A DNA stretch of 61,928 bases, counting the filler. It is 16 parts of 16 records of this genome, joined end to end, with 100 filler letters (N's around TTAATTAATTAA, not from the genome) between each part and the next. Parts side by side here need not be neighbours in the genome. Positions count along the whole stretch, not along the records: positions 28,127 to 35,962 come from SRR11831580_299; positions 36,063 to 40,363 come from SRR11831580_305; positions 40,464 to 42,943 come from SRR11831580_308; positions 43,044 to 47,710 come from SRR11831580_311; 12 more parts are not named here. One strand, written 5' to 3'. Below, one piece after another: positions 35,325 through 47,025 of the stretch. A model generated the notes under the pieces. The model made no database searches and was not told the origin of the DNA. It saw only the letters and a list, made by a program, of their open reading frames with translations. Position numbers and translations under genes: made by a program. Every line of letters begins with the position of its first letter. Position 1 is the stretch's first letter.

Positions 35325-35962
35325 ATGAGCCAAATTTTACTGCAACCTGCTAACGCGATGATTACGCTGGAAAACGTCAATAAATGGTATGGACAATTCC
35401 ATGTTTTGAAAAATATAAATTTAACCGTGCAACCGGGAGAACGGATCGTTCTGTGTGGCCCTTCAGGTTCCGGTAAATCGACAACCATTCGTTGTATTAA
35501 TCATCTGGAAGAACATCAACAGGGACGGATCGTGGTAGATGGCATCGAACTTAATGAAGATATCCGCAATATTGAGCGCGTCAGGCAGGAAGTGGGAATG
35601 GTCTTTCAGCATTTCAATCTCTTCCCTCATCTGACCGTTTTACAGAACTGTACCCTGGCACCGATTTGGGTACGCAAGATGCCTAAGAAAGAGGCTGAAG
35701 ATCTGGCGGTGCATTACCTAGAGCGGGTGAGAATTGCCGAACATGCGCATAAGTTTCCCGGACAGATTTCAGGTGGTCAGCAGCAACGCGTTGCCATTGC
35801 GCGTTCGCTGTGTATGAAGCCGAAAATTATGTTGTTTGATGAGCCAACGTCGGCGCTCGATCCTGAGATGGTGAAAGAGGTGCTGGATACGATGATTGGG
35901 CTGGCGCAGTCGGGTATGACAATGTTGTGTGTAACACATGAGATGGGGTTTTGCACGAACCG
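35325..35962 (+). CDS. yhdZ: Amino-acid ABC transporter ATPase (3' truncated)
   Basis: [23 protein letters not shown]. Confidence 0.94.
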
Positions 35963-36062
35963 NNNNNNNNNNNNNNNNNNNNNNNNNNNNNNNNNNNNNN
36001 NNNNNNTTAATTAATTAANNNNNNNNNNNNNNNNNNNNNNNNNNNNNNNNNNNNNNNNNNNN

Positions 36063-36306
36063 TAACCAAAAATTGTTCCGCTGGCGCTGCCGTGCCGCCA
36101 CCTACGCCAACTGGCCGGTGTTGCGTTACATGCTGCGCGGCAATACCGTTTCTGACGCACCGCTGATTATCGGTAGCCTTGATCCCTGCTACTCCTGTAC
36201 CGACCGTGTGACGCTGGTAGATGTGCGCAAGCGCCAGTCAAAAACCGTGCCGTATAAAGAGATCGAACGCTACGGCATTGATCGTAACCGTTCGCCGCTG
36301 AAGTAA
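36063..36306 (+). CDS. hyfG: Hydrogenase-4 large subunit, C-terminal part
   Basis: DPCYSCTDR NiFe-binding motif plus C-terminal extension. Confidence 0.93.
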
Positions 36307-36315
36307 GGACAGAAG

Positions 36316-36861
36316 ATGCTGAAGTTACTGAAAACTATTATGCGCGCCGGAACCGCGACGGTGAAATATCCCTTCGCGCCACTGGAGGTCAGCCCTGGCT
36401 TTCGCGGAAAACCGGACCTGATGCCCAGCCAATGTATTGCCTGCGGTGCCTGCGCCTGTGCTTGTCCGGCAAATGCGCTGACTATCCAGACCGACGACCA
36501 GCAAAATTCGCGCACCTGGCAGCTCTATCTGGGGCGTTGTATTTACTGCGGACGTTGTGAAGAAGTGTGCCCGACCAGAGCCATCCAGCTTACCAATAAC
36601 TTTGAACTGACCGTCACCAATAAAGCCGATCTCTATACCCGCGCGACGTTCCATCTACAACGTTGCAGCCGTTGCGAACGCCCGTTTGCCCCGCAAAAAA
36701 CCATCGCACTGGCTGCTGAATTGTTAGCACAGCAACAAAATGCGCCACAAAACCGCGAAATGTTGTGGGCGCAAGCGAGCGTCTGCCCGGAATGCAAACA
36801 ACGCGCGACGCTGATCAACGACGATACAGATGTACTGCTGGTGGCTAAGGAGCAGCTATGA
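36316..36861 (+). CDS. hyfH: Hydrogenase-4 Fe-S subunit
   Basis: 181 aa, two CxxCxxCxxxCP motifs. Confidence 0.95.
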
Positions 36862-37616
36862 GTCCAGTGCTTACACAACATGTCAGCCAGCCCATCACGC
36901 TGGACGAGCAAACGCAAAAGATGAAGCGGCATTTGCTACAGGATATCCGTCGCTCGGCTTACGTTTATCGCGTCGATTGCGGCGGCTGCAACGCCTGTGA
37001 AATCGAAATTTTTGCTGCCATTACACCAGTATTCGACGCAGAACGTTTTGGCATTAAGGTTGTTTCATCACCGCGTCACGCCGATATTTTGTTATTTACT
37101 GGCGCAGTCACCCGGGCGATGCGTATGCCTGCACTTCGGGCGTATGAGTCTGCCCCCGATCATAAAATTTGTGTTTCCTACGGCGCGTGCGGTGTCGGCG
37201 GCGGTATTTTCCACGATCTCTACAGCGTCTGGGGCGGTAGCGACACCATTGTCCCCATTGATGTTTGGATCCCCGGCTGCCCGCCAACACCGGCCGCCAC
37301 CATTCACGGTTTCGCCGTGGCGCTCGGTTTGCTGCAACAGAAGATTCACGCTGTGGATTATCGCGATCCCACCGGGGTGACTATGCAACCGTTGTGGCCG
37401 CAGATCCCGCCATCACAGCGTATCGCCATTGAGCGAGAAGCGCGGCGGCTGGCGGGCTATCGTCAGGGGCGAGAAATTTGCGATCGGCTCCTGCGCCATT
37501 TAAGCGACGATCCTACAGGAAATCGGGTTAACACCTGGTTGCGCGATGCCGACGATCCACGTCTCAATAGTATCGTTCAGCAACTCTTTCGCGTACTCCG
37601 GGGGTTACATGACTGA
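36858..37616 (+). CDS. hyfI: Hydrogenase-4 small subunit
   Basis: 252 aa, [16 protein letters not shown]. Confidence 0.95.
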
Positions 37617-38022
37617 AGAGTGCGGGGAAATTGTTTTCTGGACGCTGCGAAAAAAGTTTGTCGCCAGTAGCGACGAGATGCCGGAACACAGCTCTCAGGT
37701 AATGTATTACTCGCTAGCTATCGGCCATCACGTTGGCGTGATTGATTGTCTGAATGTCGCCTTCCGCTGCCCACTGACGGAATACGAAGATTGGCTTGCA
37801 CTGGTCGAAGAGGAGCAAGCCCGACGTAAGATGCTGGGGGTGATGACTTTTGGTGAGATTGTTATTGACGCCAGCCACACCGCCCTGTTGACCCGGGCAT
37901 TCGCGCCACTGGCGGATGACGCGACGTCTGTGTGGCAGGCGCGTAGCATTCAATTCATTCATCTGTTGGATGAAATTGTGCAGGAACCGGCCATCTATCT
38001 GATGGCCAGAAAAATTGCGTGA
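37609..38022 (+). CDS. hyfJ: Hydrogenase-4 maturation protein (HycH family)
   Basis: 137 aa from [24 protein letters not shown]. Confidence 0.93.
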
Positions 38023-38051
38023 GAAGGATTTCTCATTAATAAGGACTGTTG

Positions 38052-40064
38052 ATGGCTATGTCAGACGAGGCGATGTTTGCCCCGCCACAAGGAATAACAA
38101 TTGAAGCGGTAAACGGAATGCTCGCGGAGCGGTTAGCACAGAAACACGGCAAGGCGTCTTTATTACGCGCCTTCATCCCGCTGCCGCCGCCGTTCAGCCC
38201 GGTACAACTTATTGAACTGCATGTTCTCAAAAGCAACTTCTATTACCGCTACCATGATGATGGCAGCGATGTGACGGCAACAACAGAGTATCAGGGCGAG
38301 ATGGTCGATTATTCGCGTCACGCCGTCCTTCTCGGCAGTAGTGGAATGGCGGAGCTACGCTTTATTCGCACCCACGGCAGTCGTTTTACTTCCCAGGATT
38401 GCACACTGTTTAACTGGCTGGCGCGGATAATCACCCCGGTTCTGCAATCATGGCTCAATGATGAAGAACAGCAGGTGGCGCTGCGTTTGCTGGAGAAAGA
38501 TCGCGATCATCATCGGGTACTGGTTGATATTACTAATGCAGTGCTGTCACATCTTGATCTCGACGATCTGATCGCTGACGTCGCTCGTGAGATCCATCAT
38601 TTTTTCGGTCTGGCTTCAGTCAGTATGGTACTGGGCGATCATCGAAAGAACGAGAAGTTCAGCCTGTGGTGCAGCGATCTTTCTGCCTCACATTGTGCGT
38701 GTCTGCCACGCTGTATGCCTGGCGAAAGTGTATTGCTGACACAAACGCTACAAACCCGACAACCGACCTTGACGCACCGTGCAGATGATCTGTTTCTCTG
38801 GCAACGCGACCCGTTATTACTCTTACTTGCATCTAACGGCTGCGAATCTGCGCTCCTTATACCGCTTACCTTTGGCAACCATACACCGGGTGCATTGTTG
38901 CTGGCGCATACCTCTTCCACTCTCTTTAGTGAGGAAAACTGCCAGCTACTACAACACATAGCCGATCGCATCGCTATTGCCGTTGGCAATGCCGATGCCT
39001 GGCGTAGCATGACCGATTTGCAGGAAAGTTTGCAGCAAGAAAACCACCAGCTTAGCGAGCAGCTCCTTTCGAATCTGGGCATCGGTGACATTATCTATCA
39101 AAGCCAGGCAATGGAAGACCTGCTCCAGCAGGTAGATATTGTGGCGAAGAGCGACAGTACGGTGTTGATTTGTGGTGAAACCGGAACTGGCAAAGAGGTG
39201 ATCGCCAGAGCGATCCATCAACTTAGCCCGCGACGCGACAAGCCGCTGGTCAAAATCAACTGCGCTGCCATCCCCGCCAGTCTTCTGGAAAGTGAGTTAT
39301 TCGGTCATGACAAAGGGGCGTTTACTGGTGCGATTAATACCCATCGTGGTCGTTTTGAAATTGCCGATGGCGGCACGTTGTTTCTCGATGAAATTGGCGA
39401 TCTGCCGTTAGAACTTCAGCCTAAACTGCTGCGCGTATTGCAGGAGCGGGAGATTGAGCGTCTCGGCGGGAGTAGAACGATCCCGGTGAATGTCAGAGTC
39501 ATTGCCGCCACCAACCGTGATTTGTGGCAAATGGTTGAAGATCGCCAGTTTCGCAGCGATCTCTTTTATCGCCTGAATGTCTTCCCACTGGAATTGCCGC
39601 CGCTACGCGACCGTCCGGAAGATATCCCTCTTTTAGCAAAACATTTCACGCAAAAAATGGCGCGCCATATGAATCGCGCAATTGACGCCATCCCGACCGA
39701 GGCACTACGCCAGTTGATGTCGTGGGATTGGCCGGGCAACGTGCGCGAGCTGGAAAACGTGATTGAGCGGGCGGTACTGTTGACTCGTGGTAACAGTCTG
39801 AATTTACATCTAAATGTCCGACAAAGCCGTTTACTGCCGACGCTAAATGAAGATTCAGCGCTTCGCAGTTCAATGGCGCAGTTACTGCACCCGACGACGC
39901 CAGAGAATGACGAAGAAGAACGTCAGCGCATTGTTCAGGTATTGCGAGAAACCAATGGCATTGTTGCCGGGCCCCGTGGCGCAGCGACGCGATTAGGGAT
40001 GAAGCGCACCACGCTGCTGTCACGAATGCAGCGGCTGGGGATCTCGGTTCGCGAGGTGTTGTAA
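38052..40064 (+). CDS. hyfR: Sigma-54-dependent activator (FhlA-like)
   Basis: 670 aa; [15 protein letters not shown]-terminal HTH. Confidence 0.96.
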   Translation: MAMSDEAMFAPPQGITIEAVNGMLAERLAQKHGKASLLRAFIPLPPPFSPVQLIELHVLKSNFYYRYHDDGSDVTATTEYQGEMVDYSRHAVLLGSSGMAELRFIRTHGSRFTSQDCTLFNWLARIITPVLQSWLNDEEQQVALRLLEKDRDHHRVLVDITNAVLSHLDLDDLIADVAREIHHFFGLASVSMVLGDHRKNEKFSLWCSDLSASHCACLPRCMPGESVLLTQTLQTRQPTLTHRADDLFLWQRDPLLLLLASNGCESALLIPLTFGNHTPGALLLAHTSSTLFSEENCQLLQHIADRIAIAVGNADAWRSMTDLQESLQQENHQLSEQLLSNLGIGDIIYQSQAMEDLLQQVDIVAKSDSTVLICGETGTGKEVIARAIHQLSPRRDKPLVKINCAAIPASLLESELFGHDKGAFTGAINTHRGRFEIADGGTLFLDEIGDLPLELQPKLLRVLQEREIERLGGSRTIPVNVRVIAATNRDLWQMVEDRQFRSDLFYRLNVFPLELPPLRDRPEDIPLLAKHFTQKMARHMNRAIDAIPTEALRQLMSWDWPGNVRELENVIERAVLLTRGNSLNLHLNVRQSRLLPTLNEDSALRSSMAQLLHPTTPENDEEERQRIVQVLRETNGIVAGPRGAATRLGMKRTTLLSRMQRLGISVREVL

Positions 40065-40085
40065 TCTGCTTTTGCAGGAGTATGC

Positions 40086-40363
40086 ATGAGAAACAAACTC
40101 TCTTTCGACTTGCAGTTGAGCGCCAGAAAAGCGGCAATCGCTGAACGGATTGCCGCCCATAAAATTGCCCGCAGTAAAGTGTCGGTCTTTTTAATGGCGA
40201 TGTCCGCTGGCGTGTTTATGGCGATCGGATTTACTTTTACCTTTCCGTTATCGCCGATGCCCCGTCTTCACAGGCATTAACCCATCTGGTGGGCGGCCTT
40301 TGCTTTACACTCGGCTTTATTTTGCTGGCGGTTTGCGGCACCAGCCTGTTCACCTCGTCGGTA
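40086..40363 (+). CDS. focB: Formate channel FocB, N-terminal part (1-nt miscall in the T-run at 40235-40238)
   Basis: MRNKLSFDLQLSARK...AIGFTF, then in the shifted frame LSVIADAPSSQALTHLVGGLCFTLGFILLAVCGTSLFTS. Confidence 0.9.
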
Positions 40364-40463
40364 NNNNNNNNNNNNNNNNNNNNNNNNNNNNNNNNNNNNN
40401 NNNNNNNTTAATTAATTAANNNNNNNNNNNNNNNNNNNNNNNNNNNNNNNNNNNNNNNNNNNN

Positions 40464-41287
40464 GCGTTACCGGCACCCCCGGCGCGGGGAAAAGTACCTT
40501 TCTTGAGGCCTTTGGCATGTTGTTGATTCGAGAGGGATTAAAGGTCGCGGTTATTGCGGTCGATCCCAGCAGCCCGGTCACTGGCGGTAGCATTCTCGGG
40601 GATAAAACCCGCATGAATGACCTGGCGCGTGCCGAAGCGGCGTTTATTCGCCCGGTACCATCCTCCGGTCATCTGGGCGGTGCCAGTCAGCGAGCGCGGG
40701 AATTAATGCTGTTATGCGAAGCAGCGGGTTATGACGTAGTGATTGTCGAAACGGTTGGCGTCGGGCAGTCGGAAACAGAAGTCGCCCGCATGGTGGACTG
40801 TTTTATCTCGTTGCAAATTGCCGGTGGCGGCGATGATCTGCAGGGCATTAAAAAAGGGCTGATGGAAGTGGCTGATCTGATCGTTATCAACAAAGACGAT
40901 GGCGATAACCATACCAATGTCGCCATTGCCCGGCATATGTACGAGAGTGCCCTGCATATTCTGCGACGTAAATACGACGAATGGCAGCCACGGGTTCTGA
41001 CTTGTAGCGCACTGGAAAAACGTGGAATCGATGAGATCTGGCACGCCATCATCGACTTCAAAACCGCGCTAACTGCCAGTGGTCGTTTACAACAAGTGCG
41101 GCAACAACAATCGGTGGAATGGCTGCGTAAGCAGACCGAAGAAGAAGTACTGAATCACCTGTTCGCGAATGAAGATTTCGATCGCTATTACCGCCAGACG
41201 CTTTTAGCGGTCAAAAACAATACGCTCTCACCGCGCACCGGCCTGCGGCAGCTCAGTGAATTTATCCAGACGCAATATTTTGATTAA
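40464..41287 (+). CDS. argK: MeaB-family GTPase for methylmalonyl-CoA mutase (YgfD), 5' truncated
   Basis: GTPGAGKST, VDPSS, ETVGVGQSE, NKDD. Confidence 0.94.
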
Positions 41288-41297
41288 AGGAATTTTT

Positions 41298-42083
41298 ATG
41301 TCTTATCAGTATGTTAACGTTGTCACTATCAACAAAGTGGCGGTCATTGAGTTTAACTATGGCCGAAAACTTAATGCCTTAAGTAAAGTCTTTATTGATG
41401 ATCTTATGCAGGCGTTAAGCGATCTCAACCGGCCGGAAATTCGCTGTATCATTTTGCGCGCACCGAGTGGATCCAAAGTCTTCTCCGCAGGTCACGATAT
41501 TCACGAACTGCCGTCTGGCGGTCGCGATCCGCTCTCCTATGATGATCCATTGCGTCAAATCACCCGCATGATCCAAAAATTCCCGAAACCGATCATTTCG
41601 ATGGTGGAAGGTAGTGTTTGGGGTGGCGCATTTGAAATGATCATGAGTTCCGATCTGATCATCGCCGCCAGTACCTCAACCTTCTCAATGACGCCTGTAA
41701 ACCTCGGCGTCCCGTATAACCTGGTCGGCATTCACAACCTGACCCGCGACGCGGGCTTCCACATTGTCAAAGAGCTGATTTTTACCGCTTCGCCAATCAC
41801 CGCCCAGCGCGCGCTGGCTGTCGGCATCCTCAACCATGTTGTGGAAGTGGAAGAACTGGAAGATTTCACCTTACAAATGGCGCACCACATCTCTGAGAAA
41901 GCGCCGTTAGCCATTGCCGTTATCAAAGAAGAGCTGCGTGTACTGGGCGAAGCACACACCATGAACTCCGATGAATTTGAACGTATTCAGGGGATGCGCC
42001 GCGCGGTGTATGACAGCGAAGATTACCAGGAAGGGATGAACGCTTTCCTCGAAAAACGTAAACCTAATTTCGTTGGTCATTAA
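41298..42083 (+). CDS. scpB: Methylmalonyl-CoA decarboxylase (crotonase fold)
   Basis: 261 aa from MSYQYVNV; FSAGHDI, WGGAFE. Confidence 0.96.
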   Translation: MSYQYVNVVTINKVAVIEFNYGRKLNALSKVFIDDLMQALSDLNRPEIRCIILRAPSGSKVFSAGHDIHELPSGGRDPLSYDDPLRQITRMIQKFPKPIISMVEGSVWGGAFEMIMSSDLIIAASTSTFSMTPVNLGVPYNLVGIHNLTRDAGFHIVKELIFTASPITAQRALAVGILNHVVEVEELEDFTLQMAHHISEKAPLAIAVIKEELRVLGEAHTMNSDEFERIQGMRRAVYDSEDYQEGMNAFLEKRKPNFVGH

Positions 42084-42106
42084 TCCCTGCGAACGAAGGA
42101 GTAAAA

Positions 42107-42943
42107 ATGGAAACTCAGTGGACAAGGATGACCGCCAATGAAGCGGCAGAAATTATCCAGCATAACGACATGGTGGCATTTAGCGGCTTTACCCCGGCGG
42201 GTTCGCCGAAAGCCCTACCCACCGCGATTGCCCGCAGAGCTAACGAACAGCATGAGGCCAAAAAGCCGTATCAAATTCGCCTTCTGACGGGTGCGTCAAT
42301 CAGCGCCGCCGCTGACGATGTACTTTCTGACGCCGATGCTGTTTCCTGGCGTGCGCCATATCAAACATCGTCCGGTTTACGTAAAAAGATCAATCAGGGC
42401 GCGGTGAGTTTCGTTGACCTGCATTTGAGCGAAGTGGCGCAAATGGTCAATTACGGTTTCTTCGGCGACATTGATGTTGCCGTCATTGAAGCATCGGCAC
42501 TGGCACCGGATGGTCGAGTCTGGTTAACCAGCGGGATCGGTAATGCGCCGACCTGGCTGCTGCGGGCGAAGAAAGTGATCATTGAACTCAATCACTATCA
42601 CGATCCGCGCGTTGCAGAACTGGCGGATATTGTGATTCCTGGCGCGCCACCGCGGCGCAATAGCGTGTCGATCTTCCATGCAATGGATCGCGTCGGTACC
42701 CGCTATGTGCAAATCGATCCGAAAAAGATTGTCGCCGTCGTGGAAACCAACTTACCCGACGCCGGTAATATGCTGGATAAGCAAAATCCCATGTGCCAGC
42801 AGATTGCCGATAACGTGGTCACGTTCTTATTGCAGGAAATGGCGCATGGGCGTATTCCGCCGGAATTTCTGCCGCTGCAAAGTGGCGTGGGCAATATCAA
42901 TAATGCGGTAATGGCGCGTCTGGGGGAAAACCCGGTAATTCCT
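42107..42943 (+). CDS. scpC: Propionyl-CoA:succinate CoA transferase, N-terminal part
   Basis: METQWTRMTANEAAE; SGFTPAGSPK; QSGVGNI. Confidence 0.95.
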
Positions 42944-43099
42944 NNNNNNNNNNNNNNNNNNNNNNNNNNNNNNNNNNNNNNNNNNNNTTAATTAATTAAN
43001 NNNNNNNNNNNNNNNNNNNNNNNNNNNNNNNNNNNNNNNNNNNAAATAATATTTATTATTGTTAATAAAAAGGGGCGAAATATCGCCCCAATTCTAAGA

Positions 43100-43455
43100 T
43101 TAATTTGAACCAAACTTCGGATCGTTTCCGTAACGATTGCTGCCAGAAGTACCTTCTGTGCAGAAAAAAACCAGAAGCACGAGCCAGCCAATAAACGGAA
43201 CAAAAAGAGCAAGGCCCAGGCACCTGAACGGTCGGTATCGTGTAAGCGACGGATAGCAAGCGCAAGGACGGGAAGGAAGGTTGCCAGCAAATAAAGCATA
43301 GACAGATATGGAAGCTCCAGACCTAAAATCAATTGAATGACATTGATAATAGCGCCGACGATGGCGTTAATCAGAGTAAACATCCAGTACTCTTTACGAC
43401 GTGCGCGACCAGAGAAACCAACATAATTTTTTAATACGGACAAATACCACTGCAT
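43100..43455 (-). CDS. yhaI: DUF805 inner-membrane protein (1-nt miscall in the run at ~43202-43206)
   Basis: MQWYLSVLKNYVGFSGRARRKEYW...RRLHDTDRS; the shifted frame continues VPFIGWLVLLVFFCTEGTSGSNRYGNDPKFGSN*. Confidence 0.9.
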
Positions 43456-43695
43456 AAAAACATCCCTTTAATTAAAAGTGACGAAAGTCTATTCCGGGTA
43501 TTGTGTAAATGCTATTCGTATCTTTCTTTTTCGGATGTTATAAAGGTTTTGATATTTAAGATAAATACATGGTTATTTTTATAGGTAATTTATATAACGA
43601 CATTGAAATATTTTAAATAAACATTAGTAAATTATTCATTCATCAACATAATGATAAAAGCCGGATGAGTCAGACATCCGGCGAGCAGATTTGTT

Positions 43696-44061
43696 TTAAG
43701 GTTCCAGTTTTGGATCTGGTCCAAAGCGGTTTTCGCCTGGCGTACCCGCCTGGCAGTTAAAGACGATGATAATAAGCCAGCCGATAAACGGGATTAAGAA
43801 TAGCAGTGCCCACCACGCCGAGCGGTCGGTGTCGTGCAGGCGGCGGAACTGAACCGCCCACCACGGTAAAAACACCAGAATACCGTAGATTGTCGTCAGG
43901 ATGCCTTCGCCACCAGCGCGTTGCCAGCCTAACATTTTATCCAGCAGCCCCAGCACGAACGTAAAGATGATGTTGACCAGAATAAACATCCAGTACTCTT
44001 TGCGCCGCGCACGACCCCGGAAACCGACATAATTTTTTAGTACTTTCAGATACCAGTCCAT
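43696..44061 (-). CDS. yhaH: DUF805 inner-membrane protein
   Basis: 121 aa, MDWYLKVLKNYVGFRGRARRKEYW...RRLHDTDRS. Confidence 0.94.
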   Translation of the reverse strand: MDWYLKVLKNYVGFRGRARRKEYWMFILVNIIFTFVLGLLDKMLGWQRAGGEGILTTIYGILVFLPWWAVQFRRLHDTDRSAWWALLFLIPFIGWLIIIVFNCQAGTPGENRFGPDPKLEP

Positions 44062-44182
44062 TTTTGCCTCAATTTTGCTCAATCACTTGTTTTTAAAGCA
44101 GCAAATTAAGAATAGACGTGAATGAAATGGCAGTAAATATTCGTTCAAGGAATTAATAAAGTGCCGTGAAGGCGCGCTAAGA

Positions 44183-44310
44183 CTGATGACAAGCGCAAAA
44201 TCGCCAGATGCGCTACGCTTATCTGGTCTGCGCGGGTTATGCAATCTATTGAATGTACAATGTTTTGTATGTCAGATAAGGCGTTCATGCCACATCCGAC
44301 ATGAACAACA
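44183..44310. repeat. Degenerate BIME: two REPs flanking an IHF-like L motif
   Basis: gccagatgcgctacgcttatctggtc ... tgcaatctattgaat ... gtcagataaggcgttcatgccacatccgaca. Confidence 0.75.
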
Positions 44311-44354
44311 TGCACTTAGCTAATTATCAGAGGCACCTCGTAAGGTGCCTTTTT

Positions 44355-45341
44355 TTAACCGAAGCGAACATCTCGTCCATGCGGTTCATCGAGATCCTGC
44401 CACGGACCAATTGAAATAATCCCCGTAGGGTTGATGGTCTTATGGCTGCGGAAGTAATGATTACGGATATGATCGAAATTGACTGTTTCGGCGATCCCCG
44501 GCATCTGGTAGATATCGCGCAGAAAACCGTACAGATTCAGGTAATCGCTGATGCGGTGCTTATCACACTTGAAGTGGGTCACATACACCGGATCAAAACG
44601 CACCAGCGTAGTCCACAGGCGAATATCGGCTTCGGTTAGCTGGTTGCCGGTCAGGTAACGATGCTGGCCTAAAATCTGCTCCAGTCGTGCCAGCGATTCA
44701 AACACTTTCGCCACCGCCTCGTCGTAAGCTTCCTGGCTGGTGGCAAAACCAGCTTTATACACGCCGTTGTTAACGGTGTCATAAATCCAGCCGTTAAGTT
44801 CGTCAATTTTTGTTTGCAGGGCTGGAGGGTAGTAATCACCCGCTTTCGCGCCCAGCGCATCAAACGCGGTATTGAACATGCGGATGATTTCTGCTGATTC
44901 GTTGCTGACGATGGTGTGGTTCTTTTTGTCCCACAGCACGGGAACAGTAACTCGTCCGCTGTAGTGTGGATCGGCGTGGAGATAAAGCTGATACAGAAAT
45001 TCATTTTGATAGAGCGTGTCTCCGGTTGCTCCCGGAAAACTGTCATCAAAGGTCCAACCGTTTTCCAGCATCAGCGGGTTCACTACGGAAACGGAAATAA
45101 ACGGTTCCAGTCCTTTGAGTTTGCGCATGATCAGCGTGCGGTGCGCCCACGGGCAGGCGAGTGAAACATAGAGATGATAACGATCTTTCTCTGCGATAAA
45201 ACCGCCTGTGCCAGTGGGGCCAGGAGCGCCATCGGCAGTGAGCCAGTTACGAAATGCGGAAGCTGAACGTTGAAATTTACCGCCGGTAGATTTGGTATCG
45301 TACCAGGTGTCATGCCAGACGCCGTCAATCAGTTGACCCAT
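44355..45341 (-). CDS. yqjG: Glutathionyl-hydroquinone reductase
   Basis: 328 aa from MGQLIDGVW; CPWAHR active site. Confidence 0.96.
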   Translation of the reverse strand: MGQLIDGVWHDTWYDTKSTGGKFQRSASAFRNWLTADGAPGPTGTGGFIAEKDRYHLYVSLACPWAHRTLIMRKLKGLEPFISVSVVNPLMLENGWTFDDSFPGATGDTLYQNEFLYQLYLHADPHYSGRVTVPVLWDKKNHTIVSNESAEIIRMFNTAFDALGAKAGDYYPPALQTKIDELNGWIYDTVNNGVYKAGFATSQEAYDEAVAKVFESLARLEQILGQHRYLTGNQLTEADIRLWTTLVRFDPVYVTHFKCDKHRISDYLNLYGFLRDIYQMPGIAETVNFDHIRNHYFRSHKTINPTGIISIGPWQDLDEPHGRDVRFG

Positions 45342-45409
45342 TTTTCTCTCCTCCAATAGCAAAAACGAGGAGCTTCCTCCTCGTTTTTATCGTTAAGTAT
45401 AGCGCGTGC

Positions 45410-45801
45410 TTACCACTTTTTATTCAGCAGGCGGTCGATGCTATACGCGCCCGGACCGGTAATTGCCAGCAGCAGGAATCCGCCAGAAATTGTCAGGTTT
45501 TTCATGAACATCAGCGAGTTGACGCCTTCAGCAAAGTTGCTGTGAAATAAAAATGCCGTCAGCAGCGTAAAGCCCGCAGTAAACAGGGCTGTGGTGCGAG
45601 TCAGGAAACCGAACAGGATTGCCAGACCACCACCAAACTCAAGCAGAATCACCAGTGGCAGCATAAAACCCGGGACGCCCATTGCTTCCATATATTGTTG
45701 GGTACCCGCGTAGCCAGAATTTTTCCCCAGCCAGCGGTAATAAACAGAATCGGCATTAAAATGCGCGCTACCAGTACACCAACATCTTCTAATTTTTTCA
45801 T
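45410..45801 (-). CDS. yqjF: DoxX-family membrane protein (apparent 1-nt deletion at ~45717)
   Basis: MKKLEDVGVLVARILMPILFITAGWGKI, then in the shifted frame GYAGTQQYMEAMGVPG...GPGAYSIDRLLNKKW. Confidence 0.88.
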
Positions 45802-45986
45802 CATACTCTCCACTGCGCCACTCAGGCTGCTGATTGTTTTTTTGTGCAATGGCGCGGTATTAGCGTCGTTGCTGTCGATGGAGAGAATCATAAACGTGGT
45901 GAATGATGATTGTTAGCAAGGAAAACTGTCAAAAATCTTCAAAAAATTTGAGGGATAAGGCCGGAATGGCTCCGGCCAGAGGGAAG

Positions 45987-46286
45987 TTAACCGCGAAGCT
46001 GTTGCTGCTTGAGGGTCGTTTTAACCAGACGCCAGGCGCTCCATACGCCAAAACCGCGTCTGGCCCAGCGGACCAGCATATTAGGATGGCGAATCGTCCA
46101 GATCGCCATCACGCTACTGCCAACCAGCGCCCAGGAGCGCAGACTTAGCAGCATATTCCAGCGACGATCGTAAGCGCCTGTTGTCTCCAGCCATTCACGA
46201 CGACTGGCGGAAAGATCCAGCCGTTGTTGCTGGATCTGGCTAAGCAGTTGCGCCTTACGTCGTTCACGTTCGACTTTACTGCTCAC
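45987..46286 (-). CDS. yqjK: YqjK family protein
   Basis: 99 aa, GTG start, overlaps the yqjE stop. Confidence 0.92.
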   Translation of the reverse strand: MSSKVERERRKAQLLSQIQQQRLDLSASRREWLETTGAYDRRWNMLLSLRSWALVGSSVMAIWTIRHPNMLVRWARRGFGVWSAWRLVKTTLKQQQLRG

Positions 46287-46680
46287 GGGACTCCTCCTCG
46301 AGCAGCTGCCGATCGTTTGCTAACTCATGGCGTGTATGGCGCAGCAACGTAGACTTACGCGATTTACGTAGCGTCCAGATACCGCCAATCAGTGCCAGTA
46401 GCAGCAACACCACGGTGGTGGCAATCATCGCATTCAGGCGATATTGCGGGTCAACCGCCCAAATAATTAGCACCATCAGGCTCATAAGACCAAATGCAGC
46501 GAAAAGCATCGTCAGGCCCAGCATCAGTAAAAGTTGAAAGAGATTCGCTTTTTCCTCTTCCAGCTCCACCACCGCCAGCCGCAGACGTGTCTCTACCATT
46601 TCAACCATGATAGAAACAATTCGCTGCCCGATGCCCAGAACGCTTTTACCGGGCCCTTGTGCGTGATGAGTGTCCGCCAT
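46276..46680 (-). CDS. yqjE: Inner-membrane protein YqjE (holin-like family)
   Basis: 134 aa from MADTHHAQGPGKSVLG, two TM segments. Confidence 0.93.
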   Translation of the reverse strand: MADTHHAQGPGKSVLGIGQRIVSIMVEMVETRLRLAVVELEEEKANLFQLLLMLGLTMLFAAFGLMSLMVLIIWAVDPQYRLNAMIATTVVLLLLALIGGIWTLRKSRKSTLLRHTRHELANDRQLLEEESREQ

Positions 46681-46682
46681 AA

Positions 46683-46988
46683 TTAACGACGCGACAGCAG
46701 AACGCCGAGCACTACACCGATTGCAGCGCCAATGCCCACGCCCGTCCACGGATTTTCGCGCACATACTCATCGGCACGCGCCGCCGCGACACGGGTTTGT
46801 TTGGCAATGGCATCACCGGTTTCACCCAGGCGATAACGGCTCTGTTTCAGTGCCTGCTCCGCTTTGCTACGAATCTTACTCAACTCTTCTTTCGACTTCT
46901 CGCCAGATGAGCTAAGCACCTCTTCCAGCGTATCGGAAAGGGATTTCAACTCAGCACGCAGATGTTCCGTAGTGTGTTCTTTCGACAT
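46683..46988 (-). CDS. yqjD: Ribosome-binding membrane protein (DUF883/ElaB family)
   Basis: 101 aa, YVRENPWTGVGIGAAIG tail anchor. Confidence 0.95.
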   Translation of the reverse strand: MSKEHTTEHLRAELKSLSDTLEEVLSSSGEKSKEELSKIRSKAEQALKQSRYRLGETGDAIAKQTRVAAARADEYVRENPWTGVGIGAAIGVVLGVLLSRR

Positions 46989-47025
46989 AGTTTTCTCCAG
47001 GTGAGTAAGTAGTGACTATTGTGAG

